NCBI GenBank assembly: GCA_012295275.1
Contig: CM022671.1
Span: forward strand, 22,940,001 to 23,004,000
Direction of reading: 5' to 3'
Source: Chrysomallon squamiferum
Taxonomy: Eukaryota; Animalia; Mollusca
Length of the DNA stretch: 64,000 nt
In this document: positions 39,501 through 53,221 of the stretch, piece by piece
How the letters are laid out: every line of letters begins with the position of its first letter
How positions within the stretch are numbered: the stretch's first letter is position 1
Position numbers and translations under genes: made by a program
Notes under the pieces: generated by a model
Databases searched by the model: none
What the model was told of the DNA's origin: nothing
What the model saw: only the letters and a program-made list of their open reading frames with translations

Positions 39501-41405
39501 GGAAAGGTAAACAGATTAAAAATTTAAAAAAAAAAACAAAAAAAAAAAAAAAACTCCCCAAAACATCAACCCAAAAACAACAAGAAAAAAAAAAAAAAAA
39601 CTTGGAACAAAGAAATGAAAACCCCCAGTTCCTCCAAATATCTTCATTCTTATAAAAGTGAATGTTATTGATGACGATAAAAATATCCAAATATATATTT
39701 TTTTACTTTTCTCTTACAATTAATTTAAATGTATTGCAGAACACTTTACATATTGTTGACTTCAAATGTTAAAAGACCTTAACAAAGAAACAAATAAATA
39801 AGCAAGCACAGATAATATTCTCATATATGTATGAGAGAGATATACCAGTATATATATATTTTTATTACTTTTTTGTTTTGTTTATTGTGTTAAAATTATC
39901 TGATAGGTGTTAGAAGTTAAAGCTGGACAGAGAACTGGTGCTGATAATTTCATGTCATGTCTCCGGAAAACACTAGCAGATTATTACAAGGAGAAACCTG
40001 TTGCCCTTGGTGGAACTTTCCTGGTGGAGGCTGGAAAAGCAAGACTTCATGTTATGGTTTGTTTGATCTTAATTAAAAGAAGAAGAAAAAAAGTGTTTTG
40101 AAGATCTACTGTAACAAATACTCCTATGACATTGTGATGCTAAAAGGAAAATAACAAAGTAAATGATAAACCTGACTGTCCTTTTCATTGTTGTGCTGTA
40201 TTCTGATAGGTACAAAAAAAAAAATGTATGGTTCTTTCTTAATTTAAAAAAAAGGAACTTTTTGTAGACATGTTGTAGACAATATTCTTGTGATATTGAC
40301 ATACTAGATGAACATTTTCAAAATAAATGATAAGCTTTTCATTGGTGGTTGTCCAAAATTTAGACTTGCATTTTCATGAATTGTTAGGTCTTCACTGGGT
40401 GAATTAATTGAATGTGAATTGGATTACAGTGGAAAATACTATTAAGAATTAACATATTTATGGTTTATTTTTTGATATTTGAAGAACCTGAATTACTTGA
40501 TTAACAATAAATGTGGTTCAAGTTATTCCTTTATCACAGTGTAATTCTACATGCAGTAGTGAAATCAGTTGTTTTCTCAGCAACAGTAATAAATAGAATT
40601 AATACATAAATAATTAAAATAAGCTCATAATACAATGTTTTTATTTTGATGATGATGATGATGATGATTATAATAATAATTAAATTTGTTTGGTTTTGCA
40701 TTTAGCCTGACTTCTCAAAAGTTCCATTAAAAAGTGATGAAGATGTTGACAACTGGCTCAAATTCTATGAAATGGATGCTCCTTTAGTGTGTGTTGGTGA
40801 ATTGGTGTCACATGATCCTGTAAGTACTCACTGTACCACTATACTCACAATAGTAAAATAAAATAAAATAAAAATAGTATCTTTATGGTTTATTGAATTT
40901 TCTTCTGTAAGTTTGTTGGTTTATTTCACATACCAACCAGAGGTTTATGAATTGCAAACTAAATTCAAAGAGTGATTTCTGTTTTCAGATTTCTCCATTA
41001 TGCCTGAAAAAAGAAAAGAATAAAAACACATAATAAATCTGTTCCTCAAAAAAACCCACCCAAAAACCCCATACTTTAAAAACCACATGTTTAATACTTA
41101 CTAACTGCTAATATTAAAACTGAGATATAAATAAATAAATATTCACATAGTCATTCACTTGATTTTCTTTTTAATTTATTTAATTTCATTTGTTTCAGGG
41201 GTTCAAGCTAAGGGTGGAACACTTCCACTGTTTCAGCAAGCATGGCCAGGGAGGACATTACCACTACGACACTACTCCAAATGAAGTGAAATATCTCGGC
41301 TACTTTTCATTAGCAGAGACAATCTACAGAATTGATGAACCCAAGGAAGATATCACCTATGGTGGTGATGACCATGATAATGCTGGCTCCAAACAGAATC
41401 ACTGA
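36326..41405 (+). CDS. C11orf54: C11orf54 homolog, copy 2 (intact, 329 aa)
   Basis: Exons 36326-36401, 37035-37133, 37638-37711, 38175-38276, 38886-38966, 39420-39506, 39907-40056, 40706-40819 and 41199-41405. Same exon lengths as copy 1, splice sites intact, no stops seen. Confidence 0.92.
36707..38064. repeat. ~150-bp inverted repeat pair (36707-36856 / 37919-38064) flanking exons 2-3 of copy 2
   Basis: TTTTACAGTTTAGAGCAAGCCCTTTTTAGTATGTTCCTAAATGACAG...ATTAGGATTTAAA is the reverse complement of TTTAAATCCTAAT...CTGTCATTTAGGAACATACTAAAAAGGGCTTGCTCTAAACTGTAAAA. Confidence 0.92.
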
Positions 41406-42341
41406 AATCGATTTTTATTTCGTCTTTTTTATTAAGATAAAGTTCATTATCAAGTGCTAATGCATATTAAACAGACTTTATTTTGACTTTTAATATACAT
41501 TCTTATTGGTCTAGTCTCAACTTCAAAATCTTGTCTTCAGAATATTTGACCACTGTCACAAGTTGTTCATATTTTTGTCCTCAGATGGGTGATACTGATG
41601 CCAGTAAGATTTATCCTCAGTGTTTTGTTGATTTTTTATGTTTTTGCTGTTGAGGGAATGAACCTAAGGAATATATAATCGTATATCTCTCTCGAAAAAG
41701 TGCTTAAGTAATTATAACTGATTTTAAATAACTGGAAAATACAATTTTTTTTTAACATATACAGGTATATATATACTAGATTTTTTTTTACACCATATAT
41801 ATTTGCTTTTTTTTTGTTAAAGCTTGCATATTATGACGTATCAATTTATAAATAATTACATTCATAATTAGCTACCAAATAAAAAAAATATTTTGTTCTA
41901 GCCCCTTTTTTTTGTTAAAATTGCATTTTTTTTTTGTGAATATTTTTTTTCATAATCTATCTAAAAAAAAAAAAAAAAAAAATATTTAGTTTTAAAGTTA
42001 ATTAATATATAATTTATATACAAATGATTTACAATATAGTGACTGTATATTAATTAATATACAAATAATATAAACCAATTTAGTATATGTTTCATTTATG
42101 TACCAATTATTTAAAATTTAAATGCATATATATTTTAGATAAAATATTTTCTGTTATTGAACATGTAATTATGTAATTCAAATTATATATGCAATTATTT
42201 AGTTTTTTAAATTTATACATTTAATTACATATATTCTGAGATATATATGGGAGGAACAAAATTAATTTAAAACCTGTTTTTAATGTTATTGGCACTGCCA
42301 TTGAAATAATAGATCTTTTAATACAACAAATTAATTTTATT

Positions 42342-42384
<43 letters not shown>

Positions 42385-42694
42385 TTTGTTTATTATTATT
42401 TATGCAATATCAATTGTGTTACTTCTTTTTTGATGACTGGTGCATAACAATGATTCAAAATAAAAAAATTTTAAAAAAATTATTTTTAGTTCAGATTTTC
42501 AAATAAAAATTATTTTTAGAAAGAAATTGTTAGTTTAAAAACATAAGTTTTGGGGAATATTTACTTATATTAGTGCCAGTGCGTTTAAAAAAAAAATGTG
42601 GTCTCTACTAACTTTGGGAATAATAATATAAGAGAAACTGCTATATCTGATGAGAGGAGTCTGTGAGGTGGTAGCAGCAAAATTCTTCATCCAC

Positions 42695-42725
<31 letters not shown>

Positions 42726-43959
42726 TAAAAATAAAAATAGATATATAAAAACATATATTTGACTCCTAATAACGGTCTAAATGTATTGTTATTCCTCTGA
42801 CAAAGATGTACAATAGGTTTTTTTTTTTTTATCAATACCATTTGGAGAGAATTTGGAGAGAATTTGGTGACAAAAGTTTGAAACTATTAAAAATAAAAAT
42901 AAAATATTTATGTCCTACGTAAAGAAAGAAAAAATTATTTTAAATAATAAAAAGTAAAAAACCAACGGTATCTTTATATATATATATATATATATATATG
43001 TCCAAGACAAGGGGGAATTCATTATAGCAGATTACTTCATCATAAAACGTGTTATGACATCCTAGTAAAACGCCCATCCTTAATAACCATGTCAGTAGAA
43101 AATTTCCTTAGAGCCACGTGAAACTCTTAGTTCGATTGTATAGAGATGACATGAACGACTGTTTGACAAAACACACATTTCATGAACGTTCTTAATATAA
43201 TTAATTGTACAGACCACAGTGTTTTCATGTTTCAGGTTAAGTAGTTCAGTTTTAGAAAAGTAAATACCGTAATCACGAATTTGCTATTATTGTATCAATG
43301 CCCATCCCAGTGACGATATAACCTGATTTTTGAAATCGTAGAAATTATAATTATTATATACACAATCTTACCACCCCATTTTTATTTTCTTGAAATACAG
43401 ATGTGGTTTTATTTCAACAGATAATACACGTTCGATCTTAGATAAAGTGGACATCACCTTTCTTTTTCTTCTCTTATAAACTTTCTGAAAAAAATGTTCA
43501 AAAAATACAAAATACACAAATATACCCCAAATCTCTGCTTTGAGCCTTAAATCCTGGTTAATTCATAAACCGACGTTATAGTCATGATAGACGTATTAGA
43601 AAAGAGGACTGGTAATGTCAGGCGCACAGAAATGTAACGTTAAATGCTTTGTTTGTTTTTATTTCGTGATTCGCGCACCAAGTTGTTGTATCATCACATT
43701 ACGGCAGTGTGACTGGCCACGTGCGCAGCAGTTTGTGTAAATTCAGTCTCGTTCTAGTGTTGTTTCAGCCATTAGAAACACTCTATCACCTGCTTTGAAT
43801 TAACCTCATTTACAACATACAGTTTGACTGTTGTATTAAAGATATAAAATACAGTTATGGATAATGATGGCTAAAACACAAAATTATAATATGTCGTAAT
43901 TTTACCTTGGCATTCACATATATATAAGCTCATACAAACGTGTACAAATAAGATAAATA

Positions 43960-44215
43960 CAGGTAAGGGACCAATTATCCGGACTCCTTGGGGCAAGAGG
44001 CATTCCGGATTTCAGGATTTTCCGGTTTACTGGTACCAAGGCATCTAAATATGTAAATAATTAGGCATAAACATTTTAAAATTAAAATTATAAAGAACTG
44101 ACGATACACAACTGTGGCGACTCGACGCGTAAACAATACGGCGAGTGAATGAACGCCACGCGGCTTGAAAGAGTAGTTCCGGTCTGGTGAGGTCAACATC
44201 CCCGCGCGCTGACTA
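43960..44215 (+). mobile_element. pogo/Tigger-like DNA transposon end
   Basis: TA|CAGGTAAGGGACCAATTATCCGGACTCCTTGGGGCAAGAGGCATTCCGGATT: TA target, CAG terminus and paired TCCGGA palindromes, typical of pogo-type TIRs. The partner TIR was not found and the right boundary is approximate. Confidence 0.5.
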
Positions 44216-44563
44216 TGTAATAATAAATTAACTAACTGGCAAGGACGGTCCGACTTCGATGAAGAATTTTAATGGCACTAGTGAGTGATGTTCGATGTCT
44301 GCCAAAATTTTGCCTTAACTGATTCACATAGGTCTTTCCAGCATGCTATACATGTCTGTGGTTTTCTGCTTGTTTTTTTTGTTTTTGTTTTTTTTTGTTA
44401 TTTAAATTAACTGACGGCAAAAAGTTTGGTTGTTATGTATTTATTGTGGGTTTTATTTTGTTGTTGTTGATTTATTCTAGCCTGGCACAAATATACACTG
44501 AAAAATAATCTACGCATATGTAGGATCCAGTTCAAAACAGATTAATTAGATACCTGTGAAAAG

Positions 44564-44647
<84 letters not shown>

Positions 44648-45057
44648 ATGGTTCGTTTTAGTATACTGAACTAAAGGTACAAAAGGTATTAATATGCTTC
44701 GTTTGTTTAATGGAGTTGCTCTGGTTCTTTTTTTTTGCTCAGTGTATGAGTTAAACAAGCTGAAATTTTATGACGTCAGTGCGACTTGTGTTTTTTCTTT
44801 CTGTGTCTGTAAGCAAAGAGATGAAGTATTTGAAGTATTTAAAACTAATTAATTTTTGTAAACGAAAACAATGTATTAGGTATGGAAGTTAGAATTATCA
44901 CTTCTCAAATTAATTAAGTGAATATAGATATCTGCTTGTTATATAAAAAAAAACAAAATATAATAAAATTAATGTAAAAATATAATACAATAAAAAATAA
45001 TAAAAAATTAAGATTTAGTCCTGGACGAAAGGAAGAGTAATCCATATTATTATTATT

Positions 45058-45108
<51 letters not shown>

Positions 45109-45119
45109 ATTATTATATC

Positions 45120-45159
<40 letters not shown>

Positions 45160-45485
45160 GCTTTTGTTATTACTTTTATTAGTGCTGATCTTATTGGTGT
45201 TGTTGTTGTTATTGTTATTATTATTATTGTTATTATTATTATTATTAAAAAATTACTATTGCTAGTACTACTACTACTATTATTATTATTTTATTATTAT
45301 TATTGCTGTTGTTGTTGCTAATATTATAATTATTGCTGACGATAATGACGTTGTTTTGTCTTGTTGTTATTATTATTGTTATTATTGTTACTATTACTAC
45401 TTCTCCTACTACTACTGCTACCACTACTATTTTATTATTGCTGTTTTTTGTTGTTGCTGCTGTTATTATTATAATTATTGTATAC

Positions 45486-45508
45486 CTTTTATGCGGCAGT
45501 ATATTCAT
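45486..45508 (-). other. LENG1: Second duplicated LENG1 coding exon 1 with intact donor
   Basis: ATGAATATACTGCCGCATAAAAG|GTATAC; same junction to the TAT-rich tract as at ~35870. Confidence 0.85.
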
Positions 45509-45943
45509 TGTCGTCACTATTTAATATGACATAAATCAGAAATAAAAGTATAAAGTCCAATCTGTTTCAAAACTGATTCTATAAATTGATACGCTTGTTC
45601 CGTAAATTCCATCTCGGAAAGAACCATTGCGAAATCGAAACAGCACGAAGGTATCGTATTTATTTTATTTTTGCTTTGCACATTTTCAATTCTTCTTCTT
45701 CTTTTTTTAAAATTAAATTTACAAAAAATATCAATCTGGCATAACATTTACTTCTATTAGTCTATTTAAGTTATCTCCCTTAGATTATGGGTAGTTGCAA
45801 AGAGCACTGCCGCTGTCAGTATTATAGTATTTATACGTTTAAGGGAATTAACATGTGTTTTTGTCGTGTGCAGAAAGGTGTTTCATGATTTGATTGTATT
45901 TCATTATCAAAGATCGTGGTTCAGACGGACCCATTGCGAAATA

Positions 45944-48900
45944 ATGTCGTCCAAGAAGTCAACATTACCTGTGCAAAAAGCTCCTATGCACGTTCCACCA
46001 ATGGAAGAAATAAAAAAAGGTGCCATTACACTTTCACTTTGGAGTTCTCTAACATGATTATTAGTACTAATACAATAGTACCGACACTTTGAGTTTGACA
46101 TATTTAACTATCTTAAATGGGAACAGTCACTGCTGTATATTATTAATATTTTTTTATTCAAAATGGATTATGAATATCAGTTTTATTTTCAGTTTCTGTC
46201 TTTATTGTTAAAATTATTTCTTTTCATTATACATATGCTTTATATCAGATGCAAAGCTAAAATTGCTACATTAGTACATGAAATTTTATAATTTTCTTTT
46301 AATAAAGGTTTTTTTTTCTGTAGTGTTGCAAGAAGGTTTGGAGAAGAATTTTACCAGTGTTAAAGTGTCTGTGGTTGAATGTCCCGATCTAACAAAAGAG
46401 CCATTTTTCCTTTCTTCTCCAGGTAAAAACAACAAAACAAAAAACAAAAAAAATTAAAATATAATAATAATAGATAAATAACTTTAAAAAAAACCCACAA
46501 AAAGTAAAAAAAAAAAAAAAAAAAACAGGAACAAAAACCATAAACAAACAACAAAAAGCCCAAAACAACAAATAATAAATACAACATTATAGTAATTCTA
46601 ATAATATAATAGAAGTTTCCTGCTGCTCTTACCAGTGAAAGTCTCAGGCAAAGGCATAGGATTTGATATATATGGATGCTAATGTAGGTATCCAGGATGT
46701 TTTAAACAATTTAATATTTGTATACTCTCTGTTTATTTAAACTCATGTATGAGTTTCTGAATTGAGATGAGATTAGGAACAGTATATAACAGTAATATCT
46801 GACATTTCAATTATTACTTCTCTTTTATGACAAACTAGGTGATTTAAATTTGTGATTACATGTAAAGCTAGTCATATTACAGACTACATTTGTATAGGTA
46901 TATGTGGCAAGGCTAGGCTTGCTGATATTGGTGGTGTAGCATATCTTCTTCCACTTGCACAGAAGGACAAGGTAAAATTCTTAAAATGTTCCATAATAAA
47001 CATGAAAATTAATATGAATGTATATGCAATACCAGTTCAGTGATAGTGGAAATAACAAATAATGCTTAGTAGGAAGTATTAATTTTTGTTATTGTACAGA
47101 TTTTCATTCTTTAACATTTAAAAGGATACTTCTTCTTTTTATAACTTAGTGTTTTTAATAGTATTTATTGGTTATTTGTTTAAATCCTAATAAATTGGTT
47201 GATGAGACAAGCCAAAGTGAACTTAAGTTTATGAGATTTTTTTATATATATTTGCACAAATCATAGCAAAATACTGTCATTTAGGAAGGGCTTGCTCTAA
47301 ACTGTAAAAAAAACTGTTTGTTTGTTTTTCTGAACATTAGTTAAGTATATTATATATAATACACCAGATGTATTTTTTATGAGAAAACACTTTTTCATTT
47401 ATTTTAACTAAGTTTTATTTTTTAGAAATTCAACTTCATGGATATATCAGAACTTGTTGATCTGCCAGGAGCCTTCATGATAGGGGCAGGAGCAGGCCCA
47501 CACCATGTTGTAGGAGTCAGTTGTGAGGTAAATGTTTGAATGGGTTGAAGGTGAGGTGTGATTTTTCTTCTTTCTTTATTTTTTGTCTTTTTTGAAAGCG
47601 TTTTATATTTATATTTTTGTTAAGTTGCATGATTTTAGACATTTAAATTTCACTGTGTTGAATTTTAAAATGTATTGTGGAAATGTTTCTTTGTTATAAT
47701 AATAATTTAAGATGCTGTGTTGATCATTTTCTTAGTGATTTCCGAGCTGTGTGCAGTAGTTTCAAAAGGGGTTTTACAGTGTACAGTTCATATTAGTTTA
47801 ATTTTTTTTCCAGAAATACATTAGAATATTATAATCAGTTAATGGGATTGATGTCATTGAAATTCTAATCATTTATTTGTCTTGTTTATTAGTTTTAATT
47901 AATATGCTAAAAATATTAAATAAAATATAATGAGATGGGAAGGGACACAACTCTTGCTGAATACCTTCTGATAGGTATTGGTTCAAAGCAGATGTTATTA
48001 TATGTTTGCAGTGTATGATTCAGAGAGATACAGCAAACAGATGTACTCTGAGATCTACTGGTATTATAGATTCATCTTGTTTTTATTGGATGTTAGTTCT
48101 TCTTGTTATTTTTATTATTATTGTTACTGTTATAGTTAATCTGCAATGTGAAGCTTGCAGAGGACAAGGATAAAGAAATTACCAATCAGTCTTACACAGC
48201 TAAAGTTGATGTCAAGGTACTTGCAGTTTTAACACTAATCACTTATTTCATTCCATTATAAACAGTAAGGAAATAGTTAGTATAATTTTCACAATAACAA
48301 TAATACGACTATAAAAAAAATGTGCCGATGTTTTGTTAATTATTTTCCATGACAAGTGCCTAAAGCATGTCATGAAAATGTTCCTAGTTTCATTACTTCA
48401 TTGCATAAATATTTCAAAACTTAAACATATTATAATAAATTTCTTATTTTATCAAGAATGCTTTTATTTATTTTTTACATTAAAATTATGTAAACATAAA
48501 GCAAAACTGAATTATGTTTATTTGTTTATAAAATATTTATGCATTGAAATAGAACATGAATAAAAAACCAAAAGAATTACAGCTGAATAAAAGTTAAAAC
48601 TTCCCTTATTTTTTGTATGAAGGGAAATAACTCTAAAAGTAATAACTTTTTTTGTTTGTTTTGTTTAGGATAAAAGTTGTATACTTGTGAAAATGACTTG
48701 TACAGATTTTTGTTTGATGGGAAATTTTCTTTGTTCAGAAGGAAAATCAGGAAAGGTAAACAGATTAGAAATTAAAAAAAAACAACAACAAAAAAAAAGC
48801 AAAAAAAACCCCAAAACTCCACATCAACCCAAAAACGAGAAAAAAAAAAAAAAAATAAGAAGGAACAAACAAATGAAAAAAACAAATATCTTCATTCTTA

Positions 48901-50656
48901 TAAAAGTGAATGTTATTGATGACGATAAAAATATCCAAATATATATTTTTTTACTTTTCTCTTACAATTAATTTAAATGTATTGCAGAACACTTTACATA
49001 TTGTTGACTTCAAATGTTAAAAGACCTTAACAAAGAAACAAATAAATAAGCAAGCACAGATAATATTCTCATATATGTATGAGAGAGATATACCAGTATA
49101 TATGTATTTTTATTACTTTTTTGTTTTGTTTATTGTGTTAAAATTATCTGATAGGTGTTAGAAGTTAAAGCTGGACAGAGAACTGGTGCTGATAATTTCA
49201 TGTCATGTCTCAGGAAAACACTAGCAGATTATTACAAGGAGAAACCTGTTGCCCTTGGTGGAACTTTCCTGGTGGAGGCTGGAAAAGCAAGACTCCATGT
49301 TATGGTTTGTTCCATCTTAATTAAAAGAAGTGAAAAAAAAGTGTTTTGAAGATCTACTGTAACAAATACTCCTATGACATTGTGACGCTAAAAGGAAAAT
49401 AACAAAGTAAATGATAAACCTGACTGTCCTTTTCATTGTTGTTGTGCTGTATTCTGATAGGTACAAAAAAAAAAAAAAAATGTATGGTTCTTTCTTAATT
49501 TAAAAAAAAGGAAATTTTTGTAGACATGTTGTAGACAATATTCTTGTGATATTGACATACTAGATGAACATTTTCAAAATAAATGACAAGCTTTTCATTG
49601 GTGGTTGTCCAAAATTTAGACTTGCATTTTCATGAATTGTTAGGTCTTCACTGGGTGAATTAATTGAATGTGAATTGGATTACAGTGGGAAATACTATTA
49701 AGAATTAACATATTTATGGTTTATTTTTTGATATTTGAAGAACCTGAATTACTTGATTAACAATAAATGTAGTTCAAGTTATTCCTTTATCACAGTGTAA
49801 TTCTACATGCAGTAGTGAAATCAGTTGTTTTCTCAGCAACAATAATAAATAGAATTAATACATAAATAATTAAAATAAGCTCATAATACAATGTTTTTAT
49901 TTTGATGATGATGATGATGATGATTATAATAATAATTAAATTTGTTTGGTTTTGCATTTAGCCTGACTTCTCAAAAATTCCATTAAAAAGTGATGAAGAT
50001 GTTGACAACTGGCTCAAATTCTATGAAATGGATGCTCCTTTAGTGTGTGTTGGTGAATTGGTGTCACATGATCCTGTAAGTACTCACTGTACCACTATAC
50101 TCACAATACTAAAATAAAATAAAAATAGTATCTTTATGGTTTACTGAATTTTCTTCTGTAAGTCTGTTGGTTTATTTCACATACCAACCAGAGGTTCATG
50201 AATTGCAAACTAAATTCAAAGAGTGATTTCTGTTTTCAGATTTCTCCATTATGCTTGAAAAAAGAAAAGAATAAAAACACATAATAAATCTGTTCCTCAA
50301 AAAAAAAAAAAAAAAAACCCCATACTTTAAAAACCACACGTTTAATACTTACTAGTTGTTAATATTAAAACTGAGATATAAATAAATAAATATTCACATA
50401 GTCATTCACTTGATTTTCTTTTTAATTTATTTAATTTCATTTGTTTCAGGGGTTCAAGCTAAGAGTGGAACACTTCCACTGTTTCAGCAAGCATGGCCAG
50501 GGAGGACATTACCACTACGACACTACTCCAAATGAAGTGAAATATCTCGGCTACTTTTCATTAGCAGAGACAATCTACAGAATTGATGAACCCAAGGAAG
50601 ATATCACCTATGGTGGTGATGACCATGATAATGCTGGCTCCAAACAGAATCACTGA
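45944..50656 (+). CDS. C11orf54: C11orf54 homolog, copy 3 (intact, 329 aa)
   Basis: Exons 45944-46019, 46324-46422, 46898-46971, 47426-47527, 48136-48216, 48669-48755, 49155-49304, 49962-50075 and 50450-50656. Same exon lengths, splice sites intact. Confidence 0.92.
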
Positions 50657-51615
50657 AATCATTTTTATTTCGTCTTTTTTATTAAGATAAAGTTCATTAT
50701 CAAGTGCTAATGCATATTAAACAGACTTTATTTTGACTTTTAATATATATTCTTATTGGTTGAGACTCAACTGCAAAATCTTGTCATCAGAATATTTGAC
50801 CACTGTCACAAGTTGTTCATATTTTTGTCCTCAGATGGGTGATACTGATGCCAGTAAGATTTATCTTCAGTGTTTTGTTGATTTTTTATGTTTTTGCTGT
50901 TGAGGGAATGAACCTAAGGAATATATAATCGTATATCTCTCTCGAAAAAGTGCTTAAGTAATTATAACTGATTTTAAATAACTCGAAAATACACATTTTT
51001 TAAACATATACAGGTATATATATATACTAGATTTTTTTTTACACCATATATATTTTCTTTTTTTTTGTTAAATCTTACATATTATGACATATCAATTTAT
51101 AAATAATTACATACATAATTAGCTACAAAAAAAAAAAATTATTTTGTTCTAGCCCTTTTTTTTGTTAAATTTGCATTTTTTTGGGTGAATATTTGTTTTC
51201 ATAATAATCTAAAAAAAAAAAATCAAATATTTAGTTTTAAAGTTAATTAATATATAATTTATATACAAATGATTTACAATATAGTGACTGTATATTAATT
51301 AATATACAAAAATATAAACCAATTTAGTATATGTTTCATTTATGTACCAATTATTTAAAATTTAAATGCATATATATTTTAGATAAAATATTTTCTGTTA
51401 TTGAACATGTAATTATGTAATTCAAATTATATATGCAATTATTTAGTTTTTAAAATTTATACATTTAATTACATATATTCTGAGATATATATGGGAGGAA
51501 CAAAATTAATTTAAAATCTTTTTTTAAATGTTATTGGCACTGCCATTGAAATAATAGATCTTTTAATACAACAAATTAATTTTATTTTATTATTTATTTG
51601 TTTATTAATAATTGT

Positions 51616-51646
<31 letters not shown>

Positions 51647-53221
51647 GTTTATTAATAATTGGAATATCAATTGTGTTACTTCATTTGATGACTGGTGCAA
51701 TAATAATTATTCAAAATAAAATAAAATTATTTTTACAGATTTTAAAACTAATATTGTCTTTTATTTATGATTTTGATAGTTCATATGATATTTCAAATAT
51801 TAAAATTATTTTTAGAAAGAAATTGTTAGTTTAAAAACATAAGTTTTGGGGAATATTTACTTATATTAGCCAGTGCCTGTTTTCTCCTAACTTTGGGAAT
51901 AATAATATAAGAGAAACTGATATATCTGATGAGAAGAGTCTGTGAGGTGGTAGCAGCAAAATTCTTCATCCACATATTAAGAAAAAAAAAAAAATAAAAA
52001 TAGATATATAAAAGCATATATTTGACTCCTAATAACAGTCAAAATTTATTGTTATTCCTCTGACAAAGATGTACAATAGTTTCTTTTTTTTTTTTTTAAT
52101 CAATACTATTTGGAGAGAATTTGGTGACAAAAGTTTGAAACTATTAAAATTAAAATATTTATGTCCTACGTAAATAAAGAAAAAAATTATTTTATAAAAA
52201 AATAAAAAACCAACGGTATCTTTATATATATATATATATGTCCAAGACAAGGGGGAATTCATTATAGCAGATTACTTCATCATAAAACGTGTTATCACAT
52301 TCTAGTAAAACGCCCATCCTTAATAACCATGTCAGTAGAATATTTCCTTAGAGCCACGTGAAACTCTTAGTTCGATTGTATAGAGATGACATGAACGACT
52401 GTTTGACAAAACACACATTTCATGAACGTTCTTAATATAATTAATTGTACAGACCACAGTGTTTTCATGTTTCAGGTTAAGTAGTTCAGTTTTAGAAAAG
52501 TAAATACCGTAATCACGAATTTGCTATTATTGTATCAATGCCCATCCCAGCGACGATATAACCTGATTTTTGAAATCGTAGAAATTATAATTATTATATA
52601 CACAATCTTAGCACCCCATTTTTATTTTCTTGAAATAGAGATGTTTTTTATTTCAATAGATAATATACGTGCGATCTCAAATAAAGTGGACATCACCTTT
52701 CTTTTTCTTCTCTTATAAACTTTCTGAAAAAAAAAAAAGGTTTAAAAAGTACAAAATACACAAATATACCCCAAATCTCTGCTTTGCGCCTTAAACCCTG
52801 GTTAATTCATAAACCGACGTTATAGTCATGATAGACGTGTTAGAAAAGCGGACTGGTAATGTCAGGCGCACGAAATGTAACGTTAAATGCTTTGTTTGTT
52901 TTTATTTCGTGATTCGCGCACCAAGTTGTTGTATCATCACATTACGGCAGTGTGACTGGCCACGTGCGCAGCAGTTTGTGTAAATTCAGTCTCGTTCTAG
53001 TGTTGTTTCAGCCATTAGTAACAGTCTATCACCTGCTTTGAATTAACCTCATTTACAAAATACAGTTTGACTGTTGTTTTATCATTTGACTGTTGTATTA
53101 AAAATATAAAATAAAGTTATGGATAATGATGGCTATGACACAAAATTATAATATGTCGTAATTATACCTTGGCATTCACATATATATAAGCTCATACGAA
53201 CGTGTACAAATAAGATAAATA

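Noticed and set aside
43975-44199. Minus-strand ORFs 43975-44199 and 53237-53467 conserved in two places
   Set aside because: The conservation reflects the recent duplication; they overlap a transposon end and have no recognisable protein features.
45245-45517. Chimeric [17 protein letters not shown]... reading from the LENG1 exon-1 copy into the microsatellite
   Set aside because: Open only because the trinucleotide tract lacks stops; the intact donor makes splicing more plausible than read-through.
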